Source: Methanobacteriota archaeon (lineage in GTDB: Archaea > Thermoplasmatota > Poseidoniia > Poseidoniales > Thalassarchaeaceae). From it: DNA of 39,294 bases. A program made the translations under genes and the position numbers. The notes under the pieces are model-generated. The model made no database searches. It saw only the letters and a program-made list of their open reading frames with translations, and was not told where the DNA came from. The DNA lies in assembly GCA_002685895.1 (NCBI GenBank), contig NYYK01000002.1, positions 1-39,294 of the forward strand. The letters are read 5' to 3'. Positions 26,675-33,608 of this stretch are shown piece after piece. Positions within the stretch are counted from its first letter, which is position 1, and each line of letters starts with the position of its first letter.

Positions 26675-27021
26675 TTAAGAATATCCGACCCCACAGCTCG
26701 TTCGACTATTCTCTTAAGTCTCTGAAGACCGTAACCGGTCGAACCTTTGTGAGAGGGGAGTGGAATAATTGCTGGCAAGGCGCCGCGGGCGAGTTTCTTT
26801 TCATCGTCGGGAGTAATCCCGCCCGCGAGGTCTTCTGTTATAAATACGATTGCGTAAACGTTTCTCTCAACTCCGTGTTCATCCGGTGCTGTCTCTTTCT
26901 TTAATCTGTGCAGTTCAGCCACAGCCTCATCAGAATCATTTACCGGCGTTACATCTACTCCAAGGAGCGCGAATCCTGCGACTGCTTCCCAAGTGCCGAC
27001 AATGGCTATCTTATGATTCAT
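26671..27021 (-). CDS. atpF: V/A-type ATP synthase subunit F
   Basis: 116 aa: MNHKIAIVGTWEAVAGFALLGVDV...YAIVFITEDLA. It has an ATGA overlap with atpC. Confidence 0.85.
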   Translation of the reverse strand: MNHKIAIVGTWEAVAGFALLGVDVTPVNDSDEAVAELHRLKKETAPDEHGVERNVYAIVFITEDLAGGITPDDEKKLARGALPAIIPLPSHKGSTGYGLQRLKRIVERAVGSDILK

Positions 27022-27989
27022 GATGTGAAGTTCGATGCAGTTAAGAAAGGAGGAAGCATCCTCTTGGTTTCCTGAGGACTAAGCTCAGAGCGCTTAGCAA
27101 TAAGAATAGTTCTGACTATTTTAAGTTGGTTCATTGTTATTGCCGCGAATGCAAACAGTGGATCAATACTCAGAGGCACATTCCACATCTTGGAAAGATC
27201 AGAAGAAATGATATGTGCAGCGGCTTGCTCAAACTCAACCGGATCGCTAAGTAACGACTCAAGGTCATTGGGCAAGAACATAGAAATATTTGATCTCTTA
27301 AGAGCTGAAATGATTATGTCTCGATCACCTGCAAGCTCCTTCCTTGGTATTGTTCCCCCTTCCAAGAGGTAAGGAAGGACTTCTTCGGGGTTATCATTGG
27401 AAAGCCTAAGAGCAGTTCGAATGTTCTTTAGATCTATATTGTGGGAAACGTAAGTTGCAATAAGATCAGACTCGCTTTCACGTGCCAACTTAACCTGAAG
27501 TCCGGCGATGTAAGCAGAAACTGCAGAATCAATTTCGCGCACAGTTATTCCTTCTCGTTTTTTCATATCAATAATAAATTCGATTTTCTCATAATCCTCC
27601 GGTTTGTAAGAACACATACCGCTTATCGGTTCTTCACTTACTTCCGAAAGCAATCCGTGATGTTTCTTTATTACATGCGACATCAAAGCGCAGTCATTTT
27701 CTAACCACAGGATATGGAATACAGAACGCTTCTCTTCCGGCGACATCTGCTCAACTTGGTTTCGCATCCACATGCCTACAGCTTCCAAAATTGCAGATCC
27801 TTCCGAGATTCCCTGATCAATCACATTCGTCATCTTAACCTCAGTCAAAATCTTCTCCACTTCACGCGCATCCTTGGCCCCAAGCATTCGATCAAGATCG
27901 GTCTGCTCAAGCAATAACAGTTTGAGCACCCCCATTCTTCCGTGGGAGTAGGCGAATTTTGGCGCGAAGGTTGATTGAAGAGTTGGCAT
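27018..27989 (-). CDS. atpC: V/A-type ATP synthase subunit C (eukaryotic d homologue)
   Basis: 323 aa, helical, in the operon position between E and F. The C-terminal IDPLFAFAAITMNQLKIVRTILIAKRSEL is typical of this subunit. Confidence 0.8.
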   Translation of the reverse strand: MPTLQSTFAPKFAYSHGRMGVLKLLLLEQTDLDRMLGAKDAREVEKILTEVKMTNVIDQGISEGSAILEAVGMWMRNQVEQMSPEEKRSVFHILWLENDCALMSHVIKKHHGLLSEVSEEPISGMCSYKPEDYEKIEFIIDMKKREGITVREIDSAVSAYIAGLQVKLARESESDLIATYVSHNIDLKNIRTALRLSNDNPEEVLPYLLEGGTIPRKELAGDRDIIISALKRSNISMFLPNDLESLLSDPVEFEQAAAHIISSDLSKMWNVPLSIDPLFAFAAITMNQLKIVRTILIAKRSELSPQETKRMLPPFLTASNFTS

Positions 27990-28550
27990 TTAAGCTGCAG
28001 TAAATAGGGAATCAGCAATTTCTAGTTCTGTTGCAGGACGTAACACTTCGGCAACTAGATGCTCCAGCGTGCAATCCTGTTCGCGGTTTTCAGATATAAA
28101 TCGGAATCCTCCTTTGGCTTTTACAGTCGAACCCATTTTGAACTTGTCGGAATCAGCCAATTTCTTCATCAGCACTGTGTGCTTATCGGCAGGCTGGATT
28201 GTTCCTTCAGATGTAATTGACTTAAGGCATGCGAGCATAAGTGGCTCCAACTTGTCGTCGGGCAACTTGGCGAGCTCATCCACAACTTCGTCATAAGTCT
28301 CGTCCAGAAGTTCGCGCTTTTTACTAAGTAATGAGTTTTTCACATGCATATCAGCAGCATTCTCTGACTTAGCTTTCATCTGAGCCTTTTTTACTTCCTT
28401 CTGCCTTGCGATTTCCTGTTTGCGCTCGGAAACAGTTCTTTCTCCATCTTCTCTGATTTTGGTAAGACCTTTCTGATGAACGTTTCTGGCGTCAGTGATT
28501 TTTTGATCTGCCTGCTGGGTAATTGCCGTTAGAATGTCTTGGAGGGCCAT
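27990..28550 (-). CDS. atpE: V/A-type ATP synthase subunit E (peripheral stalk)
   Basis: 186 aa with a long N-terminal charged helix (ALQDILTAITQQADQKITDARNVHQKG...KQEIARQKEVKKAQ) and a globular C-terminus (GGFRFISENREQDCTLEHL). Confidence 0.8.
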   Translation of the reverse strand: MALQDILTAITQQADQKITDARNVHQKGLTKIREDGERTVSERKQEIARQKEVKKAQMKAKSENAADMHVKNSLLSKKRELLDETYDEVVDELAKLPDDKLEPLMLACLKSITSEGTIQPADKHTVLMKKLADSDKFKMGSTVKAKGGFRFISENREQDCTLEHLVAEVLRPATELEIADSLFTAA

Positions 28551-28572
28551 GTTAATTATTGGTAGAGGGTAA

Positions 28573-28652
28573 GTGTCACAGGTCGCAGGTCACAGGACTG
28601 GTCACAGGTCACAAGTCGCAAGTCTTGTGACTTGTGACTTGTGACATGCGAC
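28573..28652. repeat. GTCACAG/GTCGCAG/GTCACAA heptamer repeat with inverted arm, intra-operon hairpin between atpK and atpE
   Basis: GTGTCACAGGTCGCAGGTCACAGGACTGGTCACAGGTCACAAGTCGCAAGTC faces TTGTGACTTGTGACTTGTGACATGCGAC. Confidence 0.85.
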
Positions 28653-29230
28653 TATCCCAAAATTCCTGCCTTGAAGTTGTTCAACATGAAGAAGGAAATC
28701 AAGAATCCAAGAAGAGCGTATGTCTCGACCAAGGCGGCCATTGTAATAACACGTCCTGTCATCTTGTCATCCTTTGCGAGCATGTGCATACCGGCTGCGC
28801 AGACTTTTGCCTGGTAAGGTCCTGAAGTTACGCATGTGAATGCAACAGGCAAAGCGGCCGCAAGAATTGCAACTCCCTGGCTAACGCTGATTGCAACTTC
28901 GCCCGAGATTACCGGTGCGTAGTTGAAGATAAAGAGAAGAGCGATAACCATTCCGTATAGTCCTTGCGATCCGGGCAGAACCATCAAAGTGATGACTTTA
29001 CCTGCAAGGTCAGGCTTTTCGGTCAAAAGACCTGCACCTGCTTGTCCTGTAACAGAAACTCCGATGATGGAGCCGATACAAGAAACAAAAGTGGCGATTG
29101 CAGCGCCAAAGAAGGCGAATGCAAGGCCCCATTGCACTTCACCGGCGTGGGTTGCAGCTGCCACGGGCTCTTGTGCGAAGACCGCAATAGGAGCTAGTAC
29201 TCCGGCGGCAACGATTAGTGAGCGTTTCAT
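28652..29230 (-). CDS. atpK: V/A-type ATP synthase proteolipid subunit K (4-TM duplicated c subunit) with N-terminal signal-like extension
   Basis: 192 aa. LPGSQGLYGMVIALLFIF, SGPYQAKVCAAGMHMLAK and MAALVETYALLGFLISFF align by eye with my recollection of Enterococcus hirae NtpK. The N-terminus is MKRSLIVAAGVLAPIAVFAQEP. Confidence 0.9.
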   Translation of the reverse strand: MKRSLIVAAGVLAPIAVFAQEPVAAATHAGEVQWGLAFAFFGAAIATFVSCIGSIIGVSVTGQAGAGLLTEKPDLAGKVITLMVLPGSQGLYGMVIALLFIFNYAPVISGEVAISVSQGVAILAAALPVAFTCVTSGPYQAKVCAAGMHMLAKDDKMTGRVITMAALVETYALLGFLISFFMLNNFKAGILG

Positions 29231-29243
29231 ATATAGAAGGGGA

Positions 29244-29278
29244 AAAAGTTAATAGTTAAAAGTTAAGAGTTAAAAATT
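29244..29278. repeat. AGTTAAT/AGTTAAA heptamer repeat
   Basis: AAAAGTTAATAGTTAAAAGTTAAGAGTTAAAAATT. Confidence 0.75.
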
Positions 29279-29279
29279 A

Positions 29280-29477
29280 TCATTTTTCTTCTGCTACGGT
29301 ACATCCAGCAAATTCAGATGGATTGGTATTAAACTCAGTCCAATCGTCCGCATTTGCTATTAGAGGTCCTGCGACTTTTCTAACGTGCGCCGTTGCCTCA
29401 GGACATGGATGTTCATCTTCAATAGCTAATGCTTGAGCTAATTGTTCTGCCTGTGTTTCGTGTGAGTCGAGACCCAT
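29280..29477 (-). CDS. hypothetical acidic protein (65 aa) between atpI and atpK
   Basis: ORF only. It starts 15 nt after the atpI stop. It has no TM segment and no recognised motif. Confidence 0.4.
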   Translation of the reverse strand: MGLDSHETQAEQLAQALAIEDEHPCPEATAHVRKVAGPLIANADDWTEFNTNPSEFAGCTVAEEK

Positions 29478-29492
29478 GAGATAGGGGGAGAA

Positions 29493-31418
29493 TTAGATAG
29501 AAGAACGTTTAAATGGACTAAACGCCTTGCCGCCACCTTCGAAGAATTGCGAGAAGAACTCGATAAACTGAAGACGACCGGAGTGTATGAAACTCCCAAG
29601 AGTGTTTAGTGCTATAGAAATTAAGTGTCCCATGCAAAAGATCAGAATGATCACGGGGACTGCTATAAAAATCGGGAAAAGTTTGCCAACTTCAACTGCA
29701 ACTTGATTCACCGCCATTGCAATTGCTCCTGTTACAAGTCCGAGCGCCAAGATCCTTAGGTAACTAAGAGTATTACTAAGCATTCCAATTGCAAAATTCA
29801 AAACTCCGATTGCACCCATCAATGGTCTAAGGAATAACTTGGTCCCGTGACCTTTGCCCCATGCAAGCATCAACAAACTTGCGTAAAAAATGTACTTAGC
29901 AATTGGCTTCAGGCTGACCGGTGCAAACACCATAAAGAGAATGGCTCCCAGCAGAATATGTGGAGTGAAATTCATCCAAAAAGCCTCCATTTTCTTTCCG
30001 TGAATCCACTTATGCAGACCCGCCAGGAACATTCCGTAAAAGAGGTGAGTGAGCCCTAAAAACAGTGACAAATTTTGAAGGAAGGTAATACCCGATTGGT
30101 CGTTTAAGTTCCAAATTTGGCCTTTAAACAACAACATACCATCAGCGTTAGTTTTGGTTAGAAATGCCGGAACCTGAGAAGGTGCAAATCCGAAGTAGCC
30201 TCCGAACGGGATGGAAACGATTATGGTTACGACGCCGCCAAGGAACAAAGTCCAAGCCAGTTTAGATTCACGCATCTTTAGTTTCTTCTTTAGGATTGCG
30301 ATTCCAAAAACAGTAGCTAGTACTGCTCCATACCCCGCGTCGGTCAAGCAAAGTGCAAAGTAAAGAGCGAAGAATGGCATAAGTGATACTGTTGGATCAA
30401 ATTCATGCTGAAGTGGAAGTCCGTAAAGTGTTGTTACACTTTCAAACGGAGTTACTCCTTTGGAATTCCATAGTGCAACAGGTACTTCTTCATCTTCATT
30501 GGGCTTTACCTTTAGAAGAGCGACAGCCGGGCCAACGTCTTGCAGTCTTTGTTCCAGTTTTGCAACTCTTTTCTTTGGAACCCATCCAAGAATGGTAGAA
30601 GTTTCCTCAGTTGAACTCATAGACTCGCGTGCTTCCTGTTTTTCATCCAGCCACATCATAAATTTTGCGACTTTAATCAAGTTTGGAAGTTCCACGCTCA
30701 GTCTTGCGCGTTCTTTTGCATTTTTATTGCGTACTTTCTGCATTTCTTTTGCATGCATCAGAGCTTGTTCGTGTAGTTCAGAAGCTTTCCCCTCCAATTT
30801 TGGAAGATCAACATTAGTCCATCCATATTTAATTGCTAATTCTTCGAATCGTGGAGCGTCATCTTTCCAAACGTGTGCAACACAGTAAATAATTCCTGTC
30901 TTATTATTAACTTCGCTAAGTTCCAGTTTAAGTTTGCCAAGCTCTTTGATCATTTCTGAAAGTTTCACTTTGGGAATAGATCCTTCAATGCGAATTGTAG
31001 TCTCCGAAGCGTTTGGAACATCCAGTGAATAGGGAAGGGCTCTCCAGGGATCAAGTACTTCTGCAATTTGCTGCGATTGCTTAATCTGTTTTTCCGCATC
31101 CGTGTCTTCTTCCTCCAGCTCATGCAATCTATCCACTATTCCTCTTACGTCTGTATGCTTTGAGGCGTGAATTATATCTCGCTCATTCGAGTATTTACCT
31201 GCAACAGCAAGAGTCTCCTTGGACGCGTAGTCTTTGAGAGTGGTAATTGCGAATTGGAGCTCCGCTGAGCGGAAATTGACCTCCGTATGATCTATTACGA
31301 CAGGGGAATCAGATTGAGTGATCTCCATCACCCCTTCCTTATGAAGAGATTCGATGAGTTGTTCTTTCGCAGACTCATGCGAGATAATGGCCACTTTTTG
31401 CATCTCAACGACTGCCAT
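29493..31418 (-). CDS. atpI: V/A-type ATP synthase subunit I (a-subunit, 116-kDa family)
   Basis: 641 aa with an N-terminal soluble coiled-coil half and a C-terminal polytopic half. It contains LSYLRILALGLVTG, the conserved Arg helix, and SGRLQFIEFF. Confidence 0.92.
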   Translation of the reverse strand: MAVVEMQKVAIISHESAKEQLIESLHKEGVMEITQSDSPVVIDHTEVNFRSAELQFAITTLKDYASKETLAVAGKYSNERDIIHASKHTDVRGIVDRLHELEEEDTDAEKQIKQSQQIAEVLDPWRALPYSLDVPNASETTIRIEGSIPKVKLSEMIKELGKLKLELSEVNNKTGIIYCVAHVWKDDAPRFEELAIKYGWTNVDLPKLEGKASELHEQALMHAKEMQKVRNKNAKERARLSVELPNLIKVAKFMMWLDEKQEARESMSSTEETSTILGWVPKKRVAKLEQRLQDVGPAVALLKVKPNEDEEVPVALWNSKGVTPFESVTTLYGLPLQHEFDPTVSLMPFFALYFALCLTDAGYGAVLATVFGIAILKKKLKMRESKLAWTLFLGGVVTIIVSIPFGGYFGFAPSQVPAFLTKTNADGMLLFKGQIWNLNDQSGITFLQNLSLFLGLTHLFYGMFLAGLHKWIHGKKMEAFWMNFTPHILLGAILFMVFAPVSLKPIAKYIFYASLLMLAWGKGHGTKLFLRPLMGAIGVLNFAIGMLSNTLSYLRILALGLVTGAIAMAVNQVAVEVGKLFPIFIAVPVIILIFCMGHLISIALNTLGSFIHSGRLQFIEFFSQFFEGGGKAFSPFKRSSI

Positions 31419-31490
31419 CTAATAGATTTGAAGAGTAAAAGAATACATTATTAAATGAATATTCATTAATTTGATTGGCTTTTCCGTATC

Positions 31491-31555
31491 TCCTCTCCCC
31501 CTCAGAAGGGGGAGAGGATGGGTGAGGGGTGCCTGTGCTGGCAATATCCATCCTC
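31491..31555. repeat. GC-rich palindromic element in the spacer upstream of atpI
   Basis: A perfect 12-bp stem TCCTCTCCCCCT (31491-31502) / AGGGGGAGAGGA (31507-31518) with loop CAGA. A second pair is GAGGATGG (31514-31521) / CCATCCTC (31548-31555). Confidence 0.75.
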
Positions 31556-31559
31556 ATAA

Positions 31560-31961
31560 TTATTTTTGAAGTTCTTTCAAGATGGGGGAATCGGGATTTG
31601 TCATATCAGAAACTAAATTGGCAACTATAACTCCTTTCTTTTGCTTCCAAGTTGCCCCTAGCTCTTTACATTCTTCTTCTGCCAGTTCTTGAGCTTCACC
31701 TAGGATTTGAGAGCATTTATCTGCTTTAAACTCCTTCAATTCCTCGTTTGCCTGCGATTTTAGCTCTTCTTCGGCTGTTGCGGTTTTGTCAGTCACAGCT
31801 TTCTCCACCTCGATTTTCTCCTTTTCCATGGCATCAATCTCTTTTTTTGTTCTTTCTGCCTCCTTTTTTTCCATTTCTGTTATCTTGTTAAAAGGGTCAG
31901 AGCCACCGGTACCGGCAGATCCTGATTTTTGGCTTTGTGAAGCGGATTTCTGTGGATTCAT
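31560..31961 (-). CDS. coiled-coil protein, possible V/A-ATPase peripheral-stalk subunit (G/H-like)
   Basis: 133 aa. It is the first gene of the operon, Glu/Lys-rich and helical (EMEKKEAERTKKEIDAMEKEKIEVEKA...). The assignment rests on position and composition only. Confidence 0.45.
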   Translation of the reverse strand: MNPQKSASQSQKSGSAGTGGSDPFNKITEMEKKEAERTKKEIDAMEKEKIEVEKAVTDKTATAEEELKSQANEELKEFKADKCSQILGEAQELAEEECKELGATWKQKKGVIVANLVSDMTNPDSPILKELQK

Positions 31962-31985
31962 AGGCGTATATGTTAAAGCGGGCGG

Positions 31986-32014
31986 AATATACGTGTTTAC
32001 TATACATAAATCAA
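31986..32014 (-). promoter_or_regulatory. candidate sigma-70 promoter of the V/A-ATPase operon
   Basis: Minus strand: TTGATT (32014-32009), 17 nt, TATATT (31991-31986), about 25 nt upstream of the ATG at 31961. This is a pattern match only. Confidence 0.35.
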
Positions 32015-32026
32015 GGCTCTTAGACC

Positions 32027-33004
32027 CTATTTCCTTTTAACCCTCATAAATCCGGAGAATTCATGAACCTTGAGTTTTGGCTCATCCTTTGTCAATTTGT
32101 CGAGCATTAGGTTCAAACCGATGTTATCAGAGGCAATATGAGAACACTGAACGAAGTTGATATGGTGCTCTTTTGCCTTTTCGAGCGATTTTTCGGTCAC
32201 ATGCATCGTCAGGATAGTCCCGATTCCGGCTTTGGCCTGTTCCTCTATATACTCTTCCGGTCCGTTTGTTCCTCCCGTGAACTCAGTTGCAACCAGTTTG
32301 CCAACTCTCGAACTCTTAGATCCGTTTACCAATATTGGAGGATTGCCCAGTTTTGCGTAGGTTTTGTATTCGGGAATTTCAAGAAGCGCATTCAAGATCT
32401 CACCCAAGTTATCAAACTTCTTTTTACAAATTTTCTTTTCGACAAATTGATATACGAGGTTGTCTGCGGGTGTGTGGCAGCTGAAGAAGGGGAGGTCCAA
32501 AAACTCGGCAGCTTGCTGGCTCCTAAACAGATTGTCTGCATGAATTGCTCTCCAGATCTTCTCCATTCTCGGGCGCATAAGGGCATCAGCTCTATTTTCC
32601 GGTACTCCGTGTTGAGCCAATAGGTCAATTTGCATATCCATAACCTTATCCAAGTCAGCCAAGCCTCTCGCTTCCGGATGATGCGCCATTACAGCATCAA
32701 TCTTCTTGCCTTCTTTATTCATGCGATCAACCAGAAGAAGTTCGGGGGTTTCCACATCGATTCCGACAATTACTGATTTAACTTCTGCATCAGGTTTGTT
32801 ATAAATACGTGAATCTGCAAACGGATTCCACAGCCGTTCTTCATCAAAAAGCTCAGCTTCCTTCTTAGAAAGTTTCTTTTGTCTGGTCTTATATTTCATA
32901 AGAGCCTTTTCAACCTCTTTTTTGGAGCGGGGATCGGCTGCAATGCCGTGGGCGACTATTCTTTGTAAGAGTTTTGATAGTTTCATAGCCGATAAAGAGT
33001 ACAT
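32027..33004 (-). CDS. NIF3-family dinuclear-metal-centre protein (YbgI/GTP cyclohydrolase 1 type 2 homologue)
   Basis: 325 aa with AVMAHHPE, FFSCHTPADN, TGGTNG and CSHIASDNIG, corresponding to the NIF3 metal-ligand blocks. Confidence 0.7.
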   Translation of the reverse strand: MYSLSAMKLSKLLQRIVAHGIAADPRSKKEVEKALMKYKTRQKKLSKKEAELFDEERLWNPFADSRIYNKPDAEVKSVIVGIDVETPELLLVDRMNKEGKKIDAVMAHHPEARGLADLDKVMDMQIDLLAQHGVPENRADALMRPRMEKIWRAIHADNLFRSQQAAEFLDLPFFSCHTPADNLVYQFVEKKICKKKFDNLGEILNALLEIPEYKTYAKLGNPPILVNGSKSSRVGKLVATEFTGGTNGPEEYIEEQAKAGIGTILTMHVTEKSLEKAKEHHINFVQCSHIASDNIGLNLMLDKLTKDEPKLKVHEFSGFMRVKRK

Positions 33005-33041
33005 GGTTTAGGCTTATCTAGGCAAGGGAAGAGATATAATT

Positions 33042-33114
33042 AAAAGTGAAGAGTGAAAAGTGAAAAGTGTCACTTAAAAAGAACTTTTAACTATTCACTT
33101 TTAACTTTTAACTT
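33042..33114. repeat. AGTGAAA/AGTGAAG heptamer repeat with inverted AGTTAAA arm in a divergent spacer
   Basis: AAAAGTGAAGAGTGAAAAGTGAAAAGTG faces CACTTAAAAAGAACTTTTAACTATTCACTTTTAACTTTTAACTT. Confidence 0.8.
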
Positions 33115-33128
33115 CTAAGATATTCAAT

Positions 33129-33608
33129 ATGGTTGTAAATATCATATATACGACTTCAACGGGAAATACCGAACATGTTGTAGGAGTACTCCGCAAATCA
33201 CTGGAATCAAAAGGCATTAGTGTCAGTTCACAATTAGCTGAAGAATCAAAGTCGGAAGACCTTTTGGAAGGAGACGTCTTAATACTCGCTTGCGGAACAT
33301 GGAATACAGGAGGATCCGAAGGTCAGTTACACATTAGGATGGATGCGTTCTTGAATAGTAAATCTAAAGATGTTGATCTGGGTGGGAAACAAGTTGCGAT
33401 CATTGCACTTGGAGACGAGGAGTATTACTTCACAGGACGTGCAACGGAGCATCTGATTAGATTTGTAATGGAACATAATGGGAAATTGCTAGGATCTCCG
33501 CTTCTAATAATGAACGATCCCGAAGAACACGAAGAAAAAGTTTGTAAGTGGGGAGAAAGGGTAGTAGAACTCTCTTCAGTATGTCACGCATCAGCATCAA
33601 AATCGTAG
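33129..33608 (+). CDS. flavodoxin
   Basis: MVVNIIYTTSTGNTEHVV is the FMN phosphate-binding T/S-x-T-G-x-T loop. Also LILACGTWNTGG and IIALGDEEYY. Confidence 0.85.
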   Translation: MVVNIIYTTSTGNTEHVVGVLRKSLESKGISVSSQLAEESKSEDLLEGDVLILACGTWNTGGSEGQLHIRMDAFLNSKSKDVDLGGKQVAIIALGDEEYYFTGRATEHLIRFVMEHNGKLLGSPLLIMNDPEEHEEKVCKWGERVVELSSVCHASASKS

